Below, piece after piece: positions 42,527 through 56,099 of a stretch of 64,000 nt of DNA. The stretch comes from Octopus vulgaris (taxonomy: Eukaryota), in contig OX597823.1 in assembly GCA_951406725.2 (NCBI GenBank), positions 74,958,001-75,022,000 of the forward strand, given 5' to 3'. Position numbers and translations under genes: made by a program. How positions within the stretch are numbered: the stretch's first letter is position 1; the number at the start of each line of letters is the position of its first letter. The notes below the pieces were generated by a model. The model ran no database searches and had not been told where the DNA came from. It saw only the letters and a list, made by a program, of their open reading frames with translations.

Positions 42527-42549
42527 GTATATAAATTTATATATATATA

Positions 42550-42632
<83 letters not shown>

Positions 42633-43303
42633 GTGACACGCCATAATATGAAACAAGTTTCAACAATATTAATAATATTAATGAAAATTATTGTACTGGG
42701 AAGAATTATAAATAACAGAAGAATGATAATAATGATTTCGATAGTATGCCTAAGGTATAAAAATAAAACACGTAAGAATGAAAACTAAGAACAAAGAAGC
42801 TATGTAAGAGGAATGAAATTCTTAAGCGTTGATACATAGACGAAATGATAACTTACTAAAATCCATGCATTTATTTATATATAAAATTAATATGTAATAT
42901 AATAACTAACAACTGACATAATTTAAACTTAAGCGCGCGTCATATGCTCGATATTTATATTAACAGATCGGGAACGAAATGTGGTGTATAAAGTGAAAGT
43001 GTCAATCAAAAGTTAGAGAGAATGCGCCAAACTCGATGGCACAACCAAAGCAATTAATTTATTAAACTCTTATGGAAACAATTTATATAATCATATGCAG
43101 CTAAAGTGAATCTACCACCTGCTACAAGTTGAAAATTGAATCACATAAAACTCAGAAAATGTATGATTCTACGCATGATGTACGTGCTATGCATCGCTTT
43201 ACGTGGTTATGTTTATGCGTGTATAATTATTCACACTGAATCAGTCACACGCTCTCTCTCTCTCTCTCTCGCTCTCTCTCTCTCACACACATGTATATGT
43301 ATG

Positions 43304-43355
<52 letters not shown>

Positions 43356-43579
43356 GAAACCATAGCGACTGAAGAAGGGGCTTTTTCTATGTGTTAATTG
43401 TCCTGTACTCTATTTTTTTGTTGTTTAAAAATCTGTCTAGTTCCTTGGGTTTGTGGCTATGTTTTCGTTTCTCATTGTGTTCGACGTCTTTTTGGTGTCC
43501 TGTACTCATATATGCGTGTATATGTACATGTAGAGGTAGGTACGTACATATATGTTTATATATATGCATATGTTTTATT

Positions 43580-43631
<52 letters not shown>

Positions 43632-43775
43632 GTAAATATAATATGTGACAATTATTCTCTAGCCATGATAAAACTCCGAAAAATTGTCACATATTATATT
43701 CACATAAAATTATTACATATATTTACATAATATCGATGTCTTTTTCATTCTTTTGTTGTCTTATCATTTCTATCA

Positions 43776-43840
<65 letters not shown>

Positions 43841-43990
43841 AGTAGTTGAATGAATTATCCTAGTATGGATAATTCGGTTAACCGATACCCGGGTAGCAAA
43901 TTCACGTCAGAAAAACACGGTTGAAGCTACATGCCAAAAGTAGAGATCACGTGCTTTCGTGTGGAAATTTGTGTGTTTTTTTTAACACAA

Positions 43991-44142
43991 ATAAATGAAA
44001 GAATGGAGTTGAACGACGATTTAACAAAATTCCTTTGTTCTCGACATATTCCTTTATTCTAGAAATTAGGAATATTCAGTCTTCGAAACATATGTCGAGA
44101 ATAAAGGAATTTTGTTAAATCGCCGTTCAACTCCATTCTTTC

Positions 44143-44148
<6 letters not shown>
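43991..44148. repeat. 59-bp inverted repeat in a (TA)n-flanked element; contains only the 3' half of an HHR
   Basis: ataaatgaaagaatggagttgaac...ctcgacatat vs GAAAcatatgTCgagaataaagg...tcatttat. Confidence 0.8.
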
Positions 44149-44173
<25 letters not shown>

Positions 44174-44659
44174 CTGTATAATTCCCGAATTATTTTAACC
44201 GTTATACGACTGAAAATTATTACTTGAATATGTGTGACAAACATGCAAAAGTAAACTAGTACCAATTTTTTAAGAGCAATTTTCATACTTGGTTGCAATA
44301 TAAATAGTAACAAAATCTACAATAATTGTTAGTGTCCAGTACAATAAAATTTACACGCTCATTATGGAAAAGTGCGTAAATTTCTCACCTTCTTTAGTTG
44401 ATGACCGTATCCATGTAAAATTTTGAATAAACAATTGATGAAATCCGCTGTTTGCTAATGAAAAATCAATTGATGATGCTCGCATTTTAATGCTTAATTG
44501 AACCCAAAAGATAATAATCTGCAATTGGACAACGCATAGCTAGAGTGTTTACGTTATTGAAATTTGAGAAAATGCTTTATATAGATAATGTATTTCACAT
44601 GTTAACTCATGAAGAATATATACATATTAGGAACACTTGCGTTTACGGAACAAAAATAT

Positions 44660-45071
44660 AGGCGTAGGAGTGGCTGTGTGGTAAGTAGCTTGCTTACCGA
44701 CCACATGGTTCCGGGTTCAGTCCCACTGCGTGGCACCTTGGGCAAATGTCTTCTACTATAACCTCGAGCTGACCACAGTCTTGTCAGTGGATTTTGTAGA
44801 CGGAAACTGAAAGAAGCCTGTCATATACATGTATATATATATGTGTGTGTACGTATGTTTGTGTGTCTGAATTTGAACCCCCCATCATTGCTTGACAACC
44901 GATACTGGTGTGTTTACCTCCCCGTAACTTGGCTGTTCAGTGAAAGAGACCGATAGAATAAGTACCAGGGTTACAAAGAATAAGTCCTGTGGTCGATTTG
45001 CTCGACTAAAAGGCGGTGCTCCGGCATGGTCACATTCACATGGCTGAAACAAGTAAAAGAGTAAAAGAGTA
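44660..45071 (+). mobile_element. SINE family A, full length
   Basis: Homologous to 2983-3403. Confidence 0.85.
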
Positions 45072-45397
45072 ATATTTAGAAAGAGAAATATATAAATCAA
45101 TGAATACAGTAACCAAAGTGATGAGTTCATTTCTGATGAATTGTTTTTATAAAAAATATATAAGTATGTATTGATAAGCATTTCTCGTTCAAATCTTCTA
45201 CTCTTATATTTGCTTTTTATTTAGGTGTAATATGAGTATTTGTAATAAGCATTAGTCAACCGAGACGAGGTATTTTGCTATTTGAAGTAGTTTGGGTCTT
45301 CTGAGTAAGTACATAATTACTATAAGTATTTATATGTAATATGTACTTACAAAGTACATATTTATATGTAATATGTACTAACAAAGTACATTCTGCC

Positions 45398-45630
45398 AGC
45401 GGCGAGCTGGCAGAATCGTTAGCACGCCGGGCGAAATGCGTAGCCGTATTTCGTCTTCCGTTACGTTCTGAGTTCAAATCCCGTCCAGGTCCACTTTGCC
45501 TTTCATCCTGTCGGGGTCGATAAATTAAGTACCAGTTACGCACTGGGGTAGATGTAATCGACTTAATCCGTTTGTCTGTCCATGTTTGTCCCCTCTATGT
45601 TTAGCCCCTTGTGGGTAATACAGAAACGGA
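45398..45630 (+). mobile_element. SINE family B (Meta-SINE-like)
   Basis: tRNA-like head; ttcatcctgtcggggtcgataaattaagtaccag central domain; aatatgtacttacaaa repeated on both flanks. Confidence 0.85.
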
Positions 45631-45789
45631 ATATGTACTTACAAATAATGTATACAGAGACACGGATATAAATGTATGCGAGCGTTTAGCGTATGTGAGT
45701 GAGCGTGTACCTGTGATTGAGTGTTTTGTGTCTGTGTGTGAGCGCACGGGCGCACGCGCGTGTTCGTGTGTGTGTATGTGATAATAAAG

Positions 45790-46832
45790 GCGTGAGGCTA
45801 GGGCTGCCAAACATTCCATGTATAATTTCAACCATTTCTATTAATAACAGCATTGCTTCTTTCCAGATGAACAGATATCTGACTGCTCTAAGAAAACTAC
45901 AAATGTAACAAGTAGCAAATTCTTTTGAAAATGCGAGTTCTGTTTGACATGGGAGTGTTATCATGTATATGAAGCAAAGGAGTTCATCCCGGGAAAAAAA
46001 TTCACAATGACATGATGTCTTCATTAGGGGACGACACTCCAGCTCTATCCACCGTGCAAAAGTGGGCAGAATTTAAGAAAGGAAGGGAGAGTATTGAATA
46101 TGACCCAAGGTCTGTACGTCTTGCAACTGTCTCCATAGAGGGAAATATTGATCGCTTTCACCACATGCTGATGGATGACTGACAAGATACTATGCTATTA
46201 ACATTTCCCGTGAGAGATTTGAGAATATTCTGCACAATGAATTTGTCATGACTAAGGTTTCTGCTCGGTGATGCTACGTCTTCTGACAACAGATTCAAAG
46301 GAGCACCAAAGTGATGACAAAACGAGATCTGACATTGTATGAGGCAGATCCAACTGGTTTTTGAACGTGTCTAAGCCAGGATGAGGGTTGGTTTCATCAC
46401 TTTCAGATAGAGACAAAGAGACTATCTCCACAGTGGAAATATCCCGCCTTAGATGCTCCAAATAAGACCAAGGTCGCCTTATGTGCAGGGAAGGTGAGGG
46501 CCTGAGATTTTGGGGATTGTTATTTTCCAAAGGGCAACGCATCAATGGAGAGTAATATGCTAACTTGCTGAGGCAGTTACGAAATGCTATCAGCAAAACC
46601 GACGAAAGGGATATTTTTAAGGTTTTAAAGGTTGATAATCGTGCCTATAGCTTTGAACTGGTTGATCACCCTCCCTATTCTTCTGATCTAGCGCAATCTG
46701 ACTATCTGTAATCCAATATGAATAAAAGAAAACACTTGGCTGGTAACCAGTATCGCAGTGATCCAATGGGATCAAAGCGCTGAAAATCCAATGAAAGAAT
46801 TGTGTGGCTCGCGAGGGGAACTATGTTGATAA
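45790..46832 (+). mobile_element. Mariner transposon, decayed
   Basis: Remnants of WAEFKKGRESIEYDPRS, KVSARW, INGE.YANLLRQLRNAI and DHPPYSSDLAQSDY. Confidence 0.75.
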
Positions 46833-48035
46833 TACGGCTTGAAAATGAAGGAGATATCCACGGTCATCATGTAAACACACCAATTTAACGCTTTTAATAC
46901 TGTAATAATGTTGAATCGAAACCCTGACCGAGGACCTAAAAACATGGAAAAGTGGTTAATAGATGTTGCGAGGATTGTGGATAGGAAATGGCAGTGGTAT
47001 CCTATAATGTTTTACTAGTTTATCTGGGATTTCAAGAAGCAAAGAACACACACATTTGGACATACGACACTCTGATCTTACTTCATGAATCCTTTCCAAT
47101 CTCCCTATGAAGATACAATTGTACTTCTGACTGAAACATATTATGGAATCAATTTGCAATTTACAATATTTGATATATCGATATGCATAGAATTAAAACA
47201 ACTATCCCAGCTCAGCGTAAAATACAAATTAACCTATTTCTGTTCAGTGGGATTGTATAACAGCAATTTCCTATAGAAACCACAATTCAATTTCAGGTAG
47301 ATTATAATATTCGAGGAAATTAGGGGGCTTCAGAGTTAAAGACAAAATGTACATTTGTGCTCAGAAATCATTAAAAATTATACTTACCCAATATCTCTTG
47401 AATCCGCCAAAGAAACCTTGAATCACTGTACATGTAGCAATATTACTTTTTAGTGCCATACTTGGATAGTTATGTATCTAATGTGCGAGGTCGTTCGGCA
47501 TACTCAAGGAAATGCCGGCACGCATTCAACATAAAATAGACAACCAAAATTTACTTTGTAAATTAGCAACAATAAATTTGACATAGTATACCCATTTGTC
47601 TGGAAACGACTGTTTTATTTTGAGATATAATTGTATGAGAAGAGTAAGAATACGCTGTTAGCTGAAATACGTGTTGAGTTACAAACATGACGGATGCTAT
47701 AGTGTGAAAGGTTAAATGAATAAATTTGATAATTGTGACAGTATTCTTACAGAGTGACACTCACATGCAACAGTAGATTTTGATTGTGTCCATGGAAAAA
47801 TACAGCGTTTATGAAGATTCCTGTTCAAAAATACTTAATTGATGCATTTTGCCAACATTTTAAGTAACGGTTAACGCATCCTTAAATTGTCGCATTTGTA
47901 GCAACATAGAAATTAAAGCCGTATTCAATAAATGATAAATGTAGAATTAAAGTTAATGTATCTTGCAAAAGGAAATGTTGACGGGTGTTTAAATTTTAAA
48001 AAGTTGCTAAATAGCATCGTACAACAAAGGCGATA

Positions 48036-48084
<49 letters not shown>

Positions 48085-48461
48085 ATATGTGTGTGTGTGT
48101 TAATGTGCATATATGTGTGCGCGTTGCGTGCGCATGTATATATAGGTGTTTAAGTTTATATACATCTGTGTGTATCTGTGTGAGTATGTCTTTTATACCT
48201 TTCTTTAAGTACAGGTATACTAACAACTAGTCGGAACTTAATACAACGGTGCTTTACAGGTAAGTGTTATTAAGTACAGAGTGTAATATGAAATAACAGA
48301 TAACAAAAGAACTGGAATTACGTAATCATTCTTTATTAGCGTACAACTGTTTCCAAAACAAAAAACACTGCTCTGAGTACGACGTTTCTTTTAGCAGGAA
48401 TATCCATATATTTACACACACACACCCACATATATTTATAACACATATACTTATATATCTA

Positions 48462-49340
48462 CGCGCTATCACGCAGCCTTGCTTCACTCCAGAGGTGACA
48501 TTAAAGGGCTCAGAACTGCCTCCGTCGGTCTGGACTATGGAGTGCATATTGTCGTGGAGGAGTGTGAGGATCCGGATGAACTTATCTGGGCATCCATACT
48601 GGGCGAGAATATCCCAGAGGAGCTCTCGCGAGACACGATCAAAGGCTTTGGATAGGTCGATAAAGGCCAAGTAGAGCGGTTGGTGTTGCTCACGACATTT
48701 TTCTTGTAGCTGTCGCAGCGTGAAGATCATGTCGGTCGTGCTTCGAGATGGCCCAAAGCCGGTCTGTGTCTCAGGAAGGACCCTCTCTGACAGTGTTGCA
48801 CATCATACGAGATGACCTTCCACCTGGCATCGATATCTCGTACAGAACTGACGGCAAGCTTTTCAACCTCGCTCGCGTCAAAAGTACGTCAAAGACAATG
48901 GTGCGAAGCTTGCTAGAGTTCCAATATGCCGACGACAACAGTGTAGCAGCTCACAGAGAGGATCACCTCCAACAGATCCTAAATGCGTTTCATCATGCAT
49001 ATACTAAACTTGGACTGAGCATCAACATCAAGAAGACTTACTTACTCTACCAACCTCCCCCCAATGCCCGTGTTGACAACCCGCCATCGATTCAACTCGA
49101 AGGAAATCCACTGGAAAATGTGAGCCACTTCTGCTACCTTGGGAGCCATCTGTCAGCAAAGGTAGACCTCAGCGATGAAATCCAACACCGTCTGAAGTGT
49201 GCAGGAACAGCTTTCGGCAAGCTTCGAACAAGAGTTTTTGCTGATCGGGACATCCGAACCGAAACCAAACCAATGGTGTACAGGGCAGTCATTATTCCAA
49301 CCCTCCTTTATGCATCCGAAACCTGGACCCCGTATAGTAA
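48462..49340. mobile_element. RTE/BovB-like LINE RT fragment with 5' inversion
   Basis: Minus 48462-48770: DMIFTLRQLQEKCREQ..FIDLSKAFDRV..GVKQGCVIA. Plus 48790-49340: YRTDGKLFNL..YADD..YLGS..PTLLYASETW. Confidence 0.92.
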
Positions 49341-49341
49341 C

Positions 49342-49575
49342 CATTATTATTATTACTATTTCTATCAAGTGCTTTCACTGCACTACCGAGCATAGCTCTG
49401 TGAGCTTTGGGTATATGCTGTGGCCTGTTGTACTGCTCTTGTTTTCATTCTATTTACAGTATTTTACGTAGGATGTGTGCAGTTCGTAGTAGTGCAATTC
49501 TCTGTGTGTTATATATACTAAAGGTACTTGTTATGTATTTGTCTAAATGTTCGTATTTTTGTCATACCTAAGCCA
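49342..49575 (-). mobile_element. R4/Dong LINE 3' end with (TAA)n tail
   Basis: Reverse complement closely matches 53930-54125. Confidence 0.85.
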
Positions 49576-50632
49576 ACAGAATTCTCCTATTGTTCAAGGT
49601 ATTTGACTTGAGTATCATTTATTCACTGTATTTGTATAAATATTTTCTTTGGTGAACCTAGAATATATTCCACTACTAAAGTGAATGTTATGAATGTATG
49701 AAATTAATGATCAGATAAATGTAAGCAATTAGCAACTAGCTTCGTGCGTGAGTGGATAGTAAACGTAGGTGTTTACAGGTGGAAGTAATCGAAGAACTGC
49801 AAATGTTACCAACGATGGTAAATTACCATTTTTCCACTTTGCGCTCAAAACATCAAGTGCAATCTCTGCCCTAAGAAAAATAGTATAGTTGTTAAAGGAC
49901 TTTTATTGTTCGAAATATATACAATTCTTTTAAAAGATATACCACAGGATGTTAGATTTCTTGGTTTGACATTCTCTTTGTTTGATGCACATGATATTAA
50001 TTCCTGCAATTTTTGGGATCAAAGTAGAGGTTTCTTGTATCTTGATGTAAGTAGATGAAAAAGACGTGAAATAATATAACGCAAAACGTTATATTTATCA
50101 ATCTAAACACTTATCAATCTAAGAACGTCCCTACTTTCAGCAATATACAGAAACCTCGGCGACAAGAATCATGTTGCTAATCCCCAAACTCACGTGGGGA
50201 TTAGTGGACATCAGCATCCTGAATGGGTTTACTAACAGCAATATGTATAATCTTTTTGTATGTTCTTATCCGCAAAATGTAAGTAACGCATACACATGTA
50301 CGCGCACATAGTAAAACATTCACATTCTTATAATTATACAATAAACCTAAGAATCTCTTTCCATAAACGGAGATATGCGTTTTTCCGTATTGCCATATGA
50401 TCCCTATCCTTATTAAAATTCAACAATCCGATATTGTTACTAATTTCAATATCATTAGTTATGTGATCTCTTATGACTCCAATCAGATATTCTTAAATAC
50501 GGCTGTGAGTTTCACAATTTCGTAAGAGTGAAATAATTAACATTCCTCTGCAAGAGTTAATCTTTGTAATTATATCTAGCAGAATTAAACGCATAGTAGG
50601 AGTGCTCATTATTATCCTCTATTTCTTAAGAG

Positions 50633-50670
<38 letters not shown>

Positions 50671-50673
<3 letters not shown>

Positions 50674-51310
50674 AAAAAAGCAACAAGAATGGATTAAAAT
50701 CTCGGTACGATCGTTTCGTACGAGGACATCTTTAATAAGCTACAAAAGATGCAGTGAATACAGATGGCTCGTACTCGTCAGCCGAAAAAACATCAGAGAA
50801 TTCCCAAACATCAAAAGGGGTAGATACAAAAGAGGTTGTAAGATTAACTGCATTGAAGAAAGTTCGATTCATGGAGATCCGATGAAAGGTTTTAAACTTA
50901 CAGAATTTGTGCATGTCTACATATAGCTCATATTGAATTTTTAATCAAGTTGTGTGAAGAAATTTTCGGATACAGTCATGTAAAATTTCTGAAAATCCGA
51001 GTAAGAGGCAAAGTGACTGCCATATCATGTAGAGGAAAGTCTGAGTAAAAGCAAAGTGACTGTCATATCGTGTAGAGGAACAGATTGTTATTGAAATTTA
51101 CAAGAATCGCAGATAAGTTCGATTCTTGGAGATCCGATGAAAAGTCTTGAACTTACGGAATATGTGCATGTCCTTATAGTTCATAATTCAGTTTTGTGAA
51201 GAGATTTAGGGTACAATCATGCGAAAAATATCAGGGAATCCGAATGAGAAGCAAAATGACAGTCTTATATTGTATCGGTGCAGGTTGTTAATTAATTTTA
51301 CAATAATCAC
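50671..51310 (-). mobile_element. (TA)n-anchored HHR element with an internal ~190-bp direct repeat
   Basis: Terminus related to 35001/35553; 50858-51040 repeated at 51111-51285. Confidence 0.7.
50700..50787 (-). ncRNA. Intact type I hammerhead ribozyme with extended stem II
   Basis: Minus strand: tttcgg-CTGACGA-gtacgag.catc...gatg..ctcgtac-GAAA-cgatcg-TA-ccgaga; 6-bp stem I, 7-bp perfect base of stem II, palindromic stem III, GUA site. Confidence 0.85.
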
Positions 51311-51998
51311 AAAGAGAGGAGGGGGGAAGTAGAAATTTAATCAGTTACTGCTATTAAAGCTATCAAAGAGAAAGGAAAGGGGAAGCTAAGGGGATGGGCA
51401 CAAGTTGATACTAACAGAAAATCTAAGTTTGTTTAGTGCAAAATTCGAACTGAGGTCAACAATTTATTTCTTTATTTATAAATGTTACTATTAATAGATT
51501 GTCAGGTTACAATGAGAGGTCATTAGAAAGGAAAGAAAAATGGGGTTGTTTTTAAATGAAATCAAACAATTATATTATTATTATACTATACTATAATACA
51601 CTACACTATATTATATTATATTATTTTATATTATAATATATCACATCACAATACACTACGATAGGTCTGGGATTAGCAGAATTAATTTTTAGCGTAAAAG
51701 AAATTTAGAGATTTAACTAACTAATATTTATATATGGGTTAAAAAATAGACTAAGAAATGGAGATAACAATAGAGCAAAATTTAATTTATTAATAATATG
51801 GTCCAATAGAAATAAATCAAATAAATATATATATATTTGTTCATATATACAAAGCCAAGCTTTCTGCAGCTATCGAAATTAATTTTCAATATTTTACGAT
51901 GTTTTAAAAATTTAAAACCATCTCACACAAACAAATCGAGTCAATTGCTAACACGTGCACTCGCAAATGCATATGTATGTGTATGTAGACATATGAAG

Positions 51999-52061
<63 letters not shown>

Positions 52062-52124
52062 AAATCTTGGTAGCATAAACTGGATGCTTCGAGAAAGTGA
52101 TTCATTTCTGGACCGCAGAAATTA

Positions 52125-52400
52125 TGACTAATATCTGGACCACTGAAAGAAAATTTAAATCTAGATACAGCTTATATTTTCATACCTTGATGCGCCCCGA
52201 GAAAAGATGTGCAACAACCTTCAACAATAATCCGGAGACTTACATACGAGAACATCAAGTGGATGATCCTACTTAAGACCAAAACTTCAATTTACGGATG
52301 GAACATACGTGCCATATGCTCCTTTGAAAACTATAATTTATAAAAATTTAGGAATCTCCAAGCATTATACAAATACAACGAACTTTTTGAAAAGGCATTT
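52125..52400 (+). pseudogene. Penelope-like element GIY-YIG endonuclease remnant (Naiad/Chlamys-like)
   Basis: Translates I-W-TTERKFKSRYSLYFHTLMRPEKRCATT...NIKWMILLK...AICSFE, resembling YIG.TE..FK.RY..H..F...R..T.LS...IKW.I...C.LC..EK; lies directly after a TA/TG tract. Confidence 0.5.
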
Positions 52401-52844
52401 TAGAAGATAAATTTTATCTAGAATTAAGAGTACACCACCAGCCATAACTTAACAAATTCCAATAATAGTTTAATTTTTGATACTCGTGAAACACTGCTTG
52501 TATTTACTCCACGGTCAATTATTGCTCCTGATTACGCTCTGTGATCACTCATATGTTGATTACAGCACATTTATTCAACTCTCTCTTTGTTACTATTAGC
52601 TATATATAACATGTGAAATAAATTTATATTTCGTTAAGGAAATCCAAATTACCTTTATTTCAGAAGAATTTCTTGTTTTCATGATAAAAATATCTTCACT
52701 AAATTAGCTGATTGAGTGATCAATATTTCTCGTAATTCATATCACAGACACACAAATATACACACGCACAGACACACATACGCAAATACCCCCACGCATG
52801 TACATGTCCTTACGAGTTATATTGATACTGAAACAGATCTCAAT

Positions 52845-54111
52845 ATGAAAAAGAAGATAACATGTATCAACACTCTAGCTGTCCCAGTTATAATTTAAAG
52901 CTACAGTATTCTTAACTGGACTCTAAATGATCTAATGAAAATAGACAGGAAAACAAGAAAAATTATGACGGGATATGAGATGCACCACACAGAATCTTTC
53001 ATAGAAACGCTATATATACAACGCATCGAAGGTGGTAGGGGCCGTATACAGCTAGAAAACCATTTCAAAGTGACCACCTAGGGATAACAAAAATACCTGC
53101 TTCAGGTTGAAGGAAAACTAGCACAAATACCGACAAAACAAAAACAAAACAAAAAGCTGTTTTCAGTTGTTAAGAAATCTGACAAATACAAAAAGAAATC
53201 TTAATACCTAACAGCTATGAAGGGAAATAAGTAACAACGAAAGCTGTAAAGCTGCTGAAATCTATATTACAACTGCAACAGCAACAGATCACGATAAGAC
53301 GATGTCAAGAAAAGCCCCATCAGGGCAAATATTCTAAGCTAAACAGAATTAAACAAAGCAAAATCCGAACAATGGCTAAGAGACTCAGGACTCAAAGCAG
53401 AGACCGAAGGACTTTTAAATGATGCATGAGATTAAAGCCTTCCCACCAGAAATCATCAAAAACACGTAATGTAAAGAAATACAAAAAACTCCAGAAAATG
53501 AGGTGATGCATTAGAAACAATAAGTCATATTGTCTCTGGCTGCCCAGTCCTGGCTAAGAAAAAAATATATTCCCAGACACGACAGAGTGGGGAACTATAT
53601 ATATACTGGGAGTTATGACAACACTATGGAATAACCACAGAAAAAAGATGGTATAAGCACACGCCAGAAAAGGTCACAGAAAATGAGAATGCAACCATAC
53701 TATGTGATATGTCAATAGACACAGATGGAGAAATAAAGGCGAATATGCCTGATATATGTGTCAGAGATCACCATGACAAATTGCTATCTAATCAATATAT
53801 CAATACCAACAGATGGCAATGTTTGCCCAAAAGAAACCGAGAAACGTTCAAAATACAAAGATCTGGAAATAGAGGTAATTCATATCATACTAGGCGCCTT
53901 AGGTATGACAAAAATACGAACATTTAGACATATACATAACAAGTACTTTTAGGTATATATAACACACAGCTATTTGCACTACTAGGAGCTGCACACATCC
54001 TACGTAAAATACTGTAAATAGAAGGAAATCAAGAGCATTACAACAGGCCACAACATATACCCAAATCTCAAAGAGCTATGCTCGGTAGTGCAGTGAAAGC
54101 ACTTGATAGAA

Positions 54112-54190
<79 letters not shown>
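52845..54190 (+). mobile_element. R4/Dong-clade LINE, 3' portion (thumb, zinc knuckle, restriction-like endonuclease) ending in (TAA)n
   Basis: GGRG..QLE, SGLKAETEGL, ETISHIVSGCPVLAK, RHDRV, WYKHTPEKVTENENATIL, EIKANMPDI, KRSKYKDLEIE; followed by (TAA)n at 54113-54190. Confidence 0.88.
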
Positions 54191-54193
<3 letters not shown>

Positions 54194-54869
54194 CAATATC
54201 ACCTCTGGTAAAAGAACTGCAAAAGCAAGATAACCTGGCCAATACACTAACAAACTGTCGGTATGATAATCGGCAATGATTCTTTGAACCAAACAAACAG
54301 TTAAACTTCATTGGAAAACGATTCTGCCAAGAATTCGGTAAAAATTACGATTATTATTATCATGACAAAATTTATTTTTACTTCCATGTTATTTTGGTTT
54401 TAATGCCCTCCAAATCCTGATGTTTAAGTAGATAAAAATCATACTGATGATGAGATGACATTGATTCAGATGACGTTTGTGGATATCTCATTAAGAACTG
54501 TCATTTCTGTTGTCAAAATATACCACAGGGGATACTGTTTTAAGAAACTTGTTTACAATACAAATGTTGTAGCCTTATGAGAAAATGATTCATTGTATTC
54601 TTTAAAGAAAGATGTCATTTTATCTGGAAGATTAAGACTGTTTTGTTTCCCTGTTTCGACATAAAATTTTAATCGAAACTTACAAGAGAAACATAAAAAA
54701 TTCGAATGGTAAACAAAGCCATTATATACTTCGAAAACAATAGGATTGAATATTTCGGAGTGCTAATGAGATGAAAACTTGGAAAGAGGTCGACATGATA
54801 GAAGAACCAAATCTTTCGATCCATATCCGACTACACGCATAGCAAATGCAGGAATGCAGGTCTATATAT

Positions 54870-55298
<429 letters not shown>

Positions 55299-55327
55299 TA
55301 AAGACCATGCATATATGTTCAAACTTA

Positions 55328-55480
55328 GGTGCGAGGGCGTGAATTATTTTTGAGAGTATTTGGCTGTGCTCACGAACGAATGATCATGAGTTTGACTCCC
55401 TGGCGCTACACTGGATCCTCGAGCAAGAACATTTATATTACGTTGGACCAAGCCACTCAGCGGGCATAAAACTGTAGTCC
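55328..55480 (+). mobile_element. SINE family C, degenerate
   Basis: gagtttgactccc..cctcgagcaagaaca..ccactcagc similar to the 6495 copy. Confidence 0.5.
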
Positions 55481-56099
55481 AATGACTGAACCAAATAAAA
55501 GATGAACAATTAACTTGGTGGAAATCTTTGATTTCTAGTAAAAAGAAAACGTTTCAAACTTTGATATCTGAAAAAGCGTCTAGCTCCCTGTCAAAACATG
55601 TTGGCAATTTGCCCTCAAAATCTTGATGGATTCATTGGTACTGTCCGTTATAGGTATTCTAAAGTTTCATTTATTATTCTCCTTTATTAAATTATAATGT
55701 AGACACTGTTTCTATTGTCATTATTCGTATTAATATGTAAACTGCTATTTATCTACTAACTACAATTAGTAATTGATAAGCTGGTATTCATGTTATTATT
55801 ACTAAGATTTCCTCCATTGTTAACTTTAATATGACTTTCGTTACAAGCAAAGTGAATGGGCATATACTATCTAAATTTTCATTGCTGTAATGAATGTAAC
55901 TAATAGGATTGTTATTAGTATCACTGCCATCATTATTATAGCCCCCTACATAGTCCCTGTTATCCTATTTAATATTATTATCGTCATTGTGAGCAACCGC
56001 AGAATCACTAAAACCGAAATTGTCAGAAACAATGTCAACAACATTACGGTGATAAATATTCTTACTTACATAGCTATTTCGCAACAGCATGCTCATTTA

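Noticed and set aside
42040-43400. CTGAAGA boxes at ~42051 and ~43369 beside TA tracts
   Set aside because: No downstream GAAA with pairable stems was found
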